This document shows positions 48,849 through 60,800 of a DNA stretch of 64,000 nt, piece after piece (position 1 is the first letter of the stretch; each line of letters starts with the position of its first letter). A program made the translations under genes and the position numbers. The stretch covers positions 205,530,001 through 205,594,000 of the forward strand of contig OZ024741.1 of the NCBI GenBank assembly GCA_964016885.1. Direction: 5' to 3'. The notes beneath the pieces were generated by a model. The model was given only the letters and a program-made list of their open reading frames with translations, was not told the origin of the DNA and ran no database searches. Source of the DNA: Eledone cirrhosa. Its lineage: Eukaryota.

Positions 48849-51800
48849 TGTGACGTGGTGTGCGGTGAGTGGTGTGGTGTGGTGTGTGCGATGTGGAGTG
48901 TGTGATTTGGTGTGGTCTGTGGTGTGATGTGGTGTGTGGTGTGTGTGTGTGGTGTGTGTGTGTGTGGAGTGTGGTGTGGTGTGTGTGTGTGGAGTGTGAT
49001 GTGGTGTGTGTGTGTGGTGCGTTGTGTGTGATGGGGTGTGTGGTGTGAGTGTGTGGTGTGTGGTGTGGTGTGTGGTGTGGTGTGTGCTGCGGTGTTTGGT
49101 GTGGTGTGTGGTGTGGCGTGTGTGATGTGGTGTGGTGTGTTGTGTGTGGTGTGGTGTGTGGTGTGGTGTGTGTGTGTGGTGTGCGGTGTGTGTGGTGTGT
49201 GATGTGGTGTGTGTGATGTGGTGTTGTGTGTGGTGTGCTGTGTGTGGTGTGGTGTGGTGTGTGGTCTGGTGGTGTGTGTGATGTGATGTGGTGTGTGTGG
49301 TGTGTGTGATGTGTAATGTATGATGTGGTGCGTGATGTGGTGTTGTGGTGTGTGTGTGTGGTGTGTGTGTGTGGTGGTGTGTGTGATGTGCTGTGATGTG
49401 TGTGGTGCGTGTGTATAGCGTGTGTGTGTGGTGTGGTGTATGGTGTGTGGTGTGTGTGTGTGGTGTGTGTAATGTGGTGTGGTGTGTGTGTGTGGTGTGT
49501 GATGTGGTGTGTGTGGTGTGGTGTGTGGTGTGTGTGACGTGGTGTGTGTGGTGTGTGCGGTGTGTGGTGTGTGCGGTGTGTGGTGTGGTGTGGTGTGTGG
49601 TGTGGTGTGTGGTGTGGTGTGTGGTGTCGTGTGTGGTGTGGTGTGTATGATGTGGTGTGTGTGTGGTGTGTGGTGTGAGGTGTGGTGTGTGGTGTGTGGT
49701 GTGGTGTAGTATCTGGTGTGGTGTGTGGTGTGGTGTGTGTGTGGTGTGTGGTGTGTGGTGTGATGTGTGGTGTGGTGTGTGGTGAGGTGTGTGGTGTGTG
49801 GTGTGTGGTGTGTGGTGTGGTGCGTGGTGTGTGGTGCGTTATGTGGTGTGTGTGATGTGTGTGGTGTGTGGTGTGTGGTGTGGTGGTGTGTGGTATGGTG
49901 GTGTGTGTGATGTGCTGTGATGTGTGTGGTGTGTGTGATGTGGTGTGATGTGCTGTATGTGGTGTGGTGTGTGATATGGTGTGTGTGGTGTGCGTGTGTG
50001 GTGTGTGGTGTGTGGTATGTGTGTGCGTGTGTGTGGTGTGGTGAATGGTGTGTCGTGTGTGTGTGTGGTGTGTGATGTGGTGTGTAGTGTGTGTGTGTTG
50101 TGATGTGTGGAGTGTTGTGTGGTGTGTGTGTGGTGTGTGTTGGTGTGTGGTGTGGTGTGGTGTGTGAGATGTGGTGTGGTGTGGGTGGTGTGGTGTGGTG
50201 TGTGTGATGTGGTGTGTGTGATATGGTCTGGTGTGTGGTGTGATGTGGTGTGGTGTGTGGTGTGTGGTGTGTGGTGTGTGGTGTGTATGATGTGCTGTGG
50301 TGTGTGTGTGTGTGGTGTGTGTGGTGTGTGTCTGTGCTGTGTGTGGTATGTGTGGTGTGTGTGATGTGGTGTGGTGTGTGTGTGTGGTGTATGGTGTGTG
50401 GTGTGGTGTATGGTGTGTGGTGTGTGTATGTGGTGTGTGATGTGGTGTGTGTGATGTGGTGTGTGATGTGGTGTGGTGTGTCTGGTGTGTGTGTGTAGTG
50501 TATTATGTGGTGTGTGTGTGTGGTGTGTGTGTGTGCTGTGTGTGTGTGGTGTGTGGTGTGTGTGTGTTGTGATGTGTGGAGTGTTGTGTGGTGTGTGTGT
50601 GGTGTGTGGTGTGGTGTGTGTGTTGTGGTGTGTGTGTGTGTTGTGGTGTGTGGTGTGTGGCGTGGTGTTGTGTGTGTGATGTGGTGTGTGTGTGTGTGTG
50701 TGTGTGGTGTGTGTGTGGCGTGTGTGTGTGGTGTGTGTGTGGTCTGGTGTGTGTGATGTGGTATGTGTGGTGTGTGTGTGGTGTGTGTGTTGTGTGTGTC
50801 GTGTGGTGTGGTATGGTGTGTGGTGTGTGGTGTGGTGTGTGTGATGTGGTGTGGTGTGTATTTGTGGTGTGTGGTGTGTGGTGTGTGTGGTGTGGTGTGG
50901 TGTGTGTGATGTGGTGTGTGTGATGTGGTGTGGTGTGTGGTGTGGTGTGTGGTGTGATGTGTGTGGTGTGTGTGTGGTGTACGGTGTGTGGTGTGTGTGT
51001 GTGATGTGTGATGTGGTGTGTGTGATGTGGTGTGTGTGATGTGGTGTGGTGTGTGTGGTGTGATGTATGGTGTGTGTGTGTGTGGTGTGTGTGATGTAGT
51101 CTGTGTGTGGGGTGTGTGTAGGGTGTGGTGTGGTGTGTGGTGTGGTGTGTGGTGTGTTGTGTGTGTGTGGTGTGGTGTATGGTGTGTGGTGTGGTGTGGT
51201 GTGTGATGTGGTGTGTGTGGTGTGTGTGTGTGGTGTGGTGTATGGTGTGTGGTGTGTGTGGTGTGTGACGTGGTATGTGTGATGTGGTGTGTGTAATGTG
51301 GAGTGGTGTGTGTGGTTTGTGTGTGTGGTGTGATGTGTGGTGTGTTTGTGGTGTGTGTGTTGTGGTGTGTGTGTGTGGTGTAGTGTGTGGTGTGTGTGTT
51401 GTGGTGTGTGTGTGTGATGTGGTGTGGTGTGTGAGTGTGTGGTGTGTGTGATGTGGTGTGGTGTGTGTAGTGTGGTGTGTGTTGTGTGTGTGGTGTGTGT
51501 GTGTGGTGTATGATGTGTGTGTGTGTGTGTGGTGTGTGTGTGGTGTGTGTGTGGTGTGTGTGTGTGGTGTGGTGTGTGGTGTGGTGTGTGGTGTGGTGTG
51601 TGTGTGTGTGATGTGGTGTGTGATATGGTGTGTGTGTGGTGTGAGTGTGTGGTGTGGTGTGTGGTATGTGGTGTGGTGTGTGTGTGTGTGGTGTGTGTGT
51701 GTGGTGTGGTGTGTGTGATATGGTGTTGGTGTGTGGTGTAGTGTGGTGTGTGGTGTGTTGTGTGTGGTGTGTGTGCGTGGTGTGGTGTATGGTGTGTGGT

Positions 51801-54800
51801 GTGTGTGGTGTGTGATGTGGTGTGTGTGATGTGGTGTGTGTGATGTGGTGTGGTGTGTGCGGTGTGATGTGTGTGTTGTGGTGTGTGTGTTGTGTGTGTG
51901 TGTGTGGTGTATGATGTGGTGTGGTGTGTGTGTGTGTGGTATGTGTGTGTGGTGTGGTGTGTGGTGTGTGATGTGGTGTTTGTGCTTTGTGGTGTGGTGT
52001 GTGTGCTGTGGTGTGTGGTGTGTGGCCTGGTGTGCTGTGTGGTGTGGTTTGGTGTGTGTGTGTGGTGTGTGGTGTGTGGTGTGTGGTGTGTGGTGTGGTG
52101 TGTGTGTGTGTGGTGTGGTGTGTGATGTGATGAGGTGTGTGGTGTGGTGTGTGTGTGGTGTGTGATGTGGTGTGTGTGATGTGGTGTGGTGTGTGGTGTG
52201 GTGTGGTGTGTGGTGTGTGATGTGGTGGTGTGAGTGCTGTGGTGTGTGTGGTGTGTGTGATGTGGTGTGATGTTGGTGGTTATGTGGTGTGTGTGACGTG
52301 TGTATTTGTGGTGTGTGAGGTGTGTCGTGTTGTGTGGTGTTTGGTGTGGTGCGGTGCATGGTGTGGTGTGTGTGATGTGGTGTGTGTGAAGTGGTGTGGT
52401 GTGTGGTGTGTGATGTGTGGTGTGTGCGGTGTGGTGTGGTGTGTGGTGTGTGATGTGGTGTGTGTGTCTGGTGTGTTGTGTGTAGTGTGGTGTGAGGTGT
52501 GGTGTGTGGTATGGTGTGTGATGTGGTGTGGTGTGTGGTGTGTGGTGTGTGGTGTAGTTTTTGGTGTGGTGTGTGTGTGTAGTGTGGAGTGTGGTGTGGT
52601 GTGTGTGCTGTGGTGTGGTGTGGTGTGTGGTGTGTGGTGAGTGTATGTGGTGGTGTGTGTGATGTGGTGTGGTGTGTGAGATGAGGTGGGATGTGCGGTG
52701 TGTGATGTGGTGTGTGCTGTGGTGTGTGTGGTGTGTGTGTGGTGTGCGTGTGTGGTGTGTGTGCGTGGTGTGATGTATGGTGTGTCGTGTATGTGTGTGG
52801 TGTGTGATGTGGTGTGTGTGACGTGGTGTGTGTGTGGTGTGTGTGTATGGTGTATGTGTGTGTGGTGTGTGTGTGGTGTGCGTGTGTGGTGTGTGTGCGT
52901 GGTGTGATGTATGGTGTGTCGTCTATGTGTGTGGTGTGTGATGTGGTGTGTGTGACGTGGTGTGTGTGTGGTGTGTGTGTATGGTGTATGTGTGTGTGGT
53001 GTGTGTGTGGTGTGCGTGTGTGGTGTGTGTGCGTGGTGTGATGTATGGTGTGTCGTGTATGTGTGTGGTGTGTGATGTGGTGTGTGTGACGTGGTGTGTG
53101 TGTGGTGTGTGTGTATGGTGTATGTGTGTGTGGTGTGTGTGGGGTGTGTATGATGTGGTGTGGTGTGTGTTGTGTGGTGTGTGTGGTGTTGTGTATGTGG
53201 TGTGGAGTGTGGTGTGTGTGATGTGGTGTGGTGTGTGTGGTGTGGTGTGTGTGTGTGTGTGGTGTGTGTGTGATGTGTGTGGTGTGTGTGGTATGTGTGT
53301 GTGCAGAGGTGTGGTGTGGTGTGTGGTGTGTGTTGTGGTGTGTGGTGTGGTGTGTGGTGTGGTGTGTGTAAAATGTGGTGTCTGGTGTGGTGTGTATGGT
53401 GTGGTGTGTGTGAGTGGTGTATGATGTGGTGTGTGATGTGGTGTGGTGTCTGGTGTGATGTGGTGTGTGGTGTGGTGTGTGTGATGTGGTGTGTGGTGTC
53501 TGTGTGTGGTGTGTGGTGTGGTGTGTGGTGTGGTATGTGGTGTGTGTGTGTGGTGTGTGTGTGTGGTGTGTGGTGTGTGATGGGGTGTGTGGTGTGTGTG
53601 TGTGTGGTGTGATGTGGTGTGTGTGTGTGGTGTGTGGTGTGTGATGGGGTGTGTGGTGTGTGTGTGTGTGGTGTGATGTGGTGTGTGTGATGTGGTCTGA
53701 TGTGTGGTGTGATGTGGTGTGTGGTGTGGTGTGTGTGATGTGGTGTGTGTGTGCTGTGTGGTGTGTGGTGTGGTGTGGTGTGTGGTGTGGTGTATGGAGT
53801 GTGGTGTGTGGTGTGGTGTGTGGTGTGTGGTGTGGTGTGTGGTGTGCTGTGGTGTGTGGTGTGGTGTGGTGTGTGGTGTGGTGTGTGTGATGTGGTGTGG
53901 TGTGGTGTGTGGTGAGTGGTGGTGTGTGTGATGTGGTGTATGGAGTGTGGTGTGTGGTGTGTGTGTGCTGTGTGGTGTGTGGTGTGGTGTGGTGTGTGGT
54001 GTGGTGTGTGTGATGTGGTGTGGTGTGGTGTGTGGTGAGTGGTGTGGTGGTGTGTGTGATGTGGTGTATGGAGTGTGGTGTGTGGTGTGGTGTGTGGTGT
54101 GTGGTGTGGTGTGTGGTGTGCTGTGGTGTGTGGCGTGGTGTGTGTGTGTGGTGTGTGATGTGGTGGCTGGTGTGATGTGGTGTGTGGCGTGTGGTGTGTG
54201 CTGTGTGTGTGTGGTGTGTGGTGTGGTGTGGTGTGTGGTGTGGTGTGTGTGTGATGTGGTGTGTGTGATGTGGTGTGGTTTGTGGTGTGGTGTGTTTGAG
54301 TAGTGTGTGGTGTGGTGGTGTGTGATGTGGTGTGGTGTGTGTGGTGTGTGTAATATGGTGTGATGTGTGGTGTGTGATGTGGTGCGTGTGGTGTGTGTGT
54401 GTGTGGCGTGTGTGTGTGTGGTGTGTGATGTGGTGTGTGTGACGTGGTGTGTGTGTGGTGTGTGTGTATGGTGTATGTGTGTGTGGTGTGTGTGGGGTGT
54501 GTATGATGTGGTGTGGTGTGTGTTGTGTGGTGTGTGTGGTGTTGTGTATGTGGTGTGGAGTGTGGTGTGTGTGATGTGGTGTGGTGTGTGTGGTGTGGTG
54601 TGTGTGTGTGTGTGTGTGTGGTGTGTGTGTGATGTGTGTGGTGTGTGTGGTATGTGTGTGTGCAGAGGTGTGGTGTGGTGTGTGGTGTGTGTTGTGGTGT
54701 GTGGTGTGGTGTGTGGTGTGGTGTGTGTAAAATGTGGTGTCTGGTGTGGTGTGTATGGTGTGGTGTGTGTGAGTGGTGTATGATGTGGTGTGTGATGTGG

Positions 54801-57800
54801 TGTGGTGTTTGGTGTGATGTGGTGTGTGGTGTGGTGTGTGTGATGTGGTGTGTGGTGTCTGTGTGTGGTGTGTGGTGTGGTGTGTGGTGTGGTATGTGGT
54901 GTGTGTGTGTGGTGTGTGTGTGTGGTGTGTGGTGTGTGATGGGGTGTGTGGTGTGTGTGTGTGTGGTGTGATGTGGTGTGTGTGTGTGGTGTGTGGTGTG
55001 TGATGGGGTGTGTGGTGTGTGTGTGTGTGGTGTGATGTGGTGTGTGTGATGTGGTCTGATGTGTGGTGTGATGTGGTGTGTGGTGTGGAGTGTGTGATGT
55101 GGTGTGTGTGTGCTGTGTGGTGTGTGGTGTGGTGTGGTGTGTGGTGTGGTGTATGGAGTGTGGTGTGTGGTGTGGTGTGTGGTGTGTGGTGTGGTGTGTG
55201 GTGTGCTGTGGTGTGTGGTGTGGTGTGGTGTGTGGTGTGGTGTGTGTGATGTGGTGTGGTGTGGTGTGTGGTGAGTGGTGGTGTGTGTGATGTGGTGTAT
55301 GGAGTGTGGTGTGTGGTGTGTGTGTGCTGTGTGGTGTGTGGTGTGGTGTGGTGTGTGGTGTGGTGTGTGTGATGTGGTGTGGTGTGGTGTGTGGTGAGTG
55401 GTGTGGTGGTGTGTGTGATGTGGTGTATGGAGTGTGGTGTGTGGTGTGGTGTGTGGTGTGTGGTGTGGTGTGTGGTGTGCTGTGGTGTGTGGCGTGGTGT
55501 GTGTGTGTGGTGTGTGATGTGGTGGCTGGTGTGATGTGGTGTGTGGCGTGTGGTGTGTGCTGTGTGTGTGTGGTGTGTGGTGTGGTGTGGTGTGTGGTGT
55601 GGTGTGTGTGTGATGTGGTGTGTGTGATGTGGTGTGGTTTGTGGTGTGGTGTGTTTGAGTAGTGTGTGGTGTGGTGGTGTGTGATGTGGTGTGGTGTGTG
55701 TGGTGTGTGTAATATGGTGTGATGTGTGGTGTGTGATGTGGTGCGTGTGGTGTGTGTGTGTGTGGCGTGTGTGTGTGGCGCGTGTGTGTGGTGTGTGTGT
55801 GTGGTGTGGTTTGGTGTGAGGTGTGGTCTGTGGTATGGTGTGTGATGTGGTGTGGTGTGTGGTGTGTGGTGTGGTGTTTGGTGTGGAGTTTGTGTGGTGT
55901 GGTGTGTGGTGTGTGTGATGTGGTGTGGTGTGTGTGGTGTGTGTGGTGTGTGTGTGTGGTGTGGTGTGTGGGGTGTGTGAGTGTGGTCTGTGTGATGTGG
56001 TGCGTGTGTGTGGTGTGTGTGGTGTGTGTGTGTGTGGTGTGGTGTATGGTGTGTGTATGTGGTGTGTGATGTGGTGTGTGTGATGTGGTGTGTGATGTGG
56101 TGTGGTGTGTGTGGTGTGTGTGTGTGGTGTATTATGTGGTGTGTGGTGTGTGTGTGGTGTGTGTTGGTGTGTGGTGTGGTGTGTGTGTTGTGGTGTGTGT
56201 GTATGTTGTGGTGTGTGGTGTGTGGCGTGGTGTTGTGTGTGTGTGTGGTGTTTGTGATGTGGTGTGGTGTGTGGTGTGATGTGTGTGGTGTGGTGTGGTG
56301 TGGTGTGGTGTGTGATGTGTGGTTTTGTGGTGTGATGTGTGGTGTGTGATGTGGTGTGTGTGGTGTGTGTGTGGTGTGGTGTGTGTGGTGTGTGTGATGT
56401 GGTGTGATGTGTGGTGTGTGATGTGGTGTGTGTGACGTGGTGTGTGGTGTGTGCGGTGTGTCGTGTGGGTGGTATGTGGTTTGGTGTGATGTGGTGTGTG
56501 TGGTGTGTGTTGTGATGTGGTGTGTGGTGTGTGGTGTGTGATATGGTGTGTGTGGTATGTGTGGTGTGCGTGTGTGGTGTGTGGTGTGTGGTATGTGTGT
56601 GCGTGTGTGTGGTGTGGTGAATGGTGTTTCGTGTGTGTGTGTGGTGTGTGGTGTGGTGTGTGGTGTGTGTGTGTTGTGATGTGTGGAGTGTTGTTTGGTG
56701 TGTGTGTCGTGTGTGTTGGTGTGTGGTGTGGTGTGGTGTGTGTGATGTGGTTTGGTGTGGGCGGTGTGGTGTGGTGTGTGTGATGTGGTGTGTGTGATGT
56801 GGTCTGGTGTGTGGTGTGATGTGTTGTGGTGTGTGGTGTGTGGTGTGTGGTGTGTTTTGTGTATGATGTGGTGTGGTGTGTGTGGTGTGTGTGGTGTGTG
56901 TCTGTGCTGTGTGTGGTATGTGTGGTGTGTGTGATGTGGTGTGGTGTGTGTGTGGTGTGTGTGTGTGGTGTGGTGTATGGTGTGTGGTGTGTGTATGTGG
57001 CGTGTGATGTCGTGTGTGTGATGTGGTGTGTGATGTGGTGTGGTGTGTCTGGTGTGTGTGTGTGGTGTATTATGTGGTGTGTGTGTGTGGTGTGTGTGTG
57101 TGGTGTGGTGTGTGGTGTGGTGTGTGTGATGTGGTGTGGTGTGGTGTGTGGTGAGTGGTGGTGTGTGTGATGTGGTGTATGGAGTGTGGTGTGTGGTGTG
57201 TGTGTGCTGTGTGGTGTGTGGTGTGGTGTGGTGTGTGGTGTGGTGTGTGTGATGTGGTGTGGTGTGGTGTGTGGTGAGTGGTGTGGTGGTGTGTGTGATG
57301 TGGTGTATGGAGTGTGGTGTGTGGTGTGGTGTGTGGTGTGTGGTGTGGTGTGTGGTGTGCTGTGGTGTGTGGCGTGGTGTGTGTGTGTGGTGTGTGATGT
57401 GGTGGCTGGTGTGATGTGGTGTGTGGCGTGTTGTGTGTGCTGTGTGTGTGTGGTGTGTGGTGTGGTGTGGTGTGTGGTGTGGTGTGTGTGTGATGTGGTG
57501 TGTGTGATGTGGTGTGGTTTGTGGTGTGGTGTGTTTGAGTAGTGTGTGGTGTGGTGGTGTGTGATGTGGTGTGGTGTGTGTGGTGTGTGTAATATGGTGT
57601 GATGTGTGGTGTGTGATGTGGTGCGTGTGGTGTGTGTGTGTGTGGCGTGTGTGTGTGGCGCGTGTGTGTGGTGTGTGTGTGTGGTGTGGTTTGGTGTGAG
57701 GTGTGGTCTGTGGTATGGTGTGTGATGTGGTGTGGTGTGTGGTGTGTGGTGTGGTGTTTGGTGTGGAGTTTGTGTGGTGTGGTGTGTGGTGTGTGTGATG

Positions 57801-60800
57801 TGGTGTGGTGTGTGTGGTGTGTGTGTGTGGTGTGGTGTGTGGGGTGTGTGAGTGTGGTCTGTGTGATGTGGTGCGTGTGTGTGGTGTGTGTGGTGTGTGT
57901 GTGTGTGGTGTGGTGTATGGTGTGTGTATGTGGTGTGTGATGTGGTGTGTGTGATGTGGTGTGTGATGTGGTGTGGTGTGTGTGGTGTGTGTGTGTGGTG
58001 TATTATGTGGTGTGTGGTGTGTGTGTGGTGTGTGTTGGTGTGTGGTGTGGTGTGTGTGTTGTGGTGTGTGTGTATGTTGTGGTGTGTGGTGTGTGGCGTG
58101 GTGTTGTGTGTGTGTGTGGTGTTTGTGATGTGGTGTGGTGTGTGGTGTGATGTGTGTGGTGTGGTGTGGTGTGGTGTGGTGTGTGATGTGTGGTTTTGTG
58201 GTGTGATGTGTGGTGTGTGATGTGGTGTGTGTGGTGTGTGTGTGGTGTGGTGTGGTGTGTGTGGTGTGTGTGATGTGGTGTGATGTGTGGTGTGTGATGT
58301 GGTGTGTGTGACGTGGTGTGTGGTGTGTGCGGTGTGTCGTGTGGGTGGTATGTGGTTTGGTGTGATGTGGTGTGTGTGGTGTGTGTTGTGATGTGGTGTG
58401 TGGTGTGTGGTGTGTGATATGGTGTGTGTGGTATGTGTGGTGTGCGTGTGTGGTGTGTGGTGTGTGGTATGTGTGTGCGTGTGTGTGGTGTGGTGAATGG
58501 TGTTTCGTGTGTGTGTGTGGTGTGTGGTGTGGTGTGTGGTGTGTGTGTGTTGTGATGTGTGGAGTGTTGTTTGGTGTGTGTGTCGTGTGTGTTGGTGTGT
58601 GGTGTGGTGTGGTGTGTGTGATGTGGTTTGGTGTGGGTGGTGTGGTGTGGTGTGTGTGATGTGGTGTGTGTGATGTGGTCTGGTGTGTGGTGTGATGTGT
58701 TGTGGTGTGTGGTGTGTGGTGTGTGGTGTGTTTTGTGTATGATGTGGTGTGGTGTGTGTGGTGTGTGTGGTGTGTGTCTGTGCTGTGTGTGGTATGTGTG
58801 GTGTGTGTGATGTGGTGTGGTGTGTGTGTGGTGTGTGTGTGTGGTGTGGTGTATGGTGTGTGGTGTGTGTATGTGGCGTGTGATGTCGTGTGTGTGATGT
58901 GGTGTGTGATGTGGTGTGGTGTGTCTGGTGTGTGTGTGTGGTGTATTATGTGGTGTGTGTGTGTGGTGTGTGTGTGTGGTGTGTGGTGTGTGTGTGTTGT
59001 GATGTGTGGAGTGTTGTGTGGTGTGTGTGTGGTGTGTGTTGGTGTGTGGTGTGGTGTGGTGTGTGTGTTGTGGTGTGTGTGTGTGTTGTGGTGTGTGGTG
59101 TGTGGCGTGATGTTGTGTGTGGTGTGGTGTGTGTGATGTGGTGTGTGTGTGTGTGGTGTGTGTGTGCCGTGTGTGTGTGGTGTGTGTGTGTGGTGTGTGT
59201 GTTGTGTGTGGTGTGTGTGTGTGGTGTGTGTCGTGTGGTGTGGTATGGTGTGTGATGTGTGGTGGGTGTGTGGTGTGGTGTGTGTGATGTGGTGTGGTGT
59301 GTAATTGTGGTGTGTGGTGTGTGGTGTGTGTGGTGTTGTGTGGTGTGTGTGATGTGGTGTGTGTGATGTGGTGTGGTGTGTGGTGTAGTGTGTGGTGTGA
59401 TGTGTGTGGTGTGTGTGTGTGTGGTGTACGGTGTGTGGTGTGTGTGTGTGATGTGTGATGTGGTGTGTGCGATGTGGTGTGTGTGATGTGGTGTGGTGTG
59501 TGTGGTGTGATGTGTGGTGTGCGTGTGTGTGGTGTGTGTGATGTAGTCTGTGTGTGGGGTGTGTGTAGGATGTGGTGTGGTGTGTGGTGTGGTGTGGTGT
59601 GTGGTGTGTTGTGTGTGGTGTGTGTGTGTGGTGTATGGTGTGTGGTGTGTGTGGTGTGTGATGTGGTATGTGTGATGTGGTGTGTGTAATGTGGAGTGGT
59701 GTGATGTGGTGTGTGTAATGTGGAGTGGTGTGTGTGGTTTGTGTGTGTGGTGTGTGTGTTGTGGTGTGTGTGTGTGGTGTAGTGTGTGGTGTGTGTGTTG
59801 TGGTGTGTGTGTGTGCTGTGGTGTGGTGTGTGTGTTGTGGTGTGTGTGTGTGATGTGGTGTGGTGTGTGTGTGTGTGGTGTGTGGTGTGTGTGATGTGGT
59901 GTGGTGTGTGTAGTGTGGTGTGTGTTGTGTGTGTGGTGTGTGTGTGTGGTGTATGATGTGTGTGTGTGTGTGGTGTGTGTGTGGTGTGTGTGTGGTGTGG
60001 TCTGTGGTGTGGTGTGTGGTGTGGTGTGTGTGTTTGTGATGTGGTGTGTGATGTGGTGTGTGTGTAGTGTGAGTGTGTGGTGTGGTGTGTGGTGTGTGGT
60101 GTGGTGTGTGGTTTGTGTGAGTGTGGTGTGTGTGTGTGGTGTGGTGTGTGTGATATGGTGTTGGTGTGTGGTGTAGTCTGGTGTGTGGTGTGTTGTGTGT
60201 GGTGTGTGTGTGTGGTGTGGTGTATGGTGTGTGGTGTGTGTGGTGTGTGATGTGGTGTGTGTGATGTGGTGTGTGTGATGTGGCGTGGTGTGTGTGGTTT
60301 GTGTGTGTGGTGTGATGTGTGGTGTGTGTGTGTGATGTGGTGTGTGTGTGGTGTAGTGTGTGGTGTGTGATGTGGTGTGGTGTGTGTGTGTGGTGTGTGT
60401 GGTGTGGTGTGTGTGATGTGGTGTGGTGTGTGTAGTGTGGTGTGTGGTGTGTGTGATGTGGTGTGGTGTGTGTTGTGTGGTGTGTGTGTGTGTGGTGTGT
60501 GTGTGGTGTGAGCGTGTGGTGTGTGTGTGTCGTGTGGGGTTTGGTGTGGTGTGTGTGTGTGGTGTGATGTGTGGGGTGTGTGAGTGTGGTCTGTGTGATG
60601 TGGTGTGTGTGTGTGGTGTGTGTGTTGTGTGTGGTGTGGTGTATGGTGTGTGGTGTGTGCATGTGGTGTGTGATGTGGTGTGTGTGATGTGGTGTGTCAT
60701 GTGGTGTGGTGTGTGTGGGTGTGTGTGTGGTGTATTATGTGGTGTGTGTGTGGTGTGTGTGGTGTGTGTGTGTTGTGATCTTTGGTGTGTGGTGTGGTGT

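Noticed and set aside
52923-60662. 2579-aa His/Thr/Pro-rich ORF and the many Val/Cys/Trp ORFs
   Set aside because: Consequence of the C/A-rich satellite strand rarely forming stop codons; overlapping frames are open too and there is no domain content.
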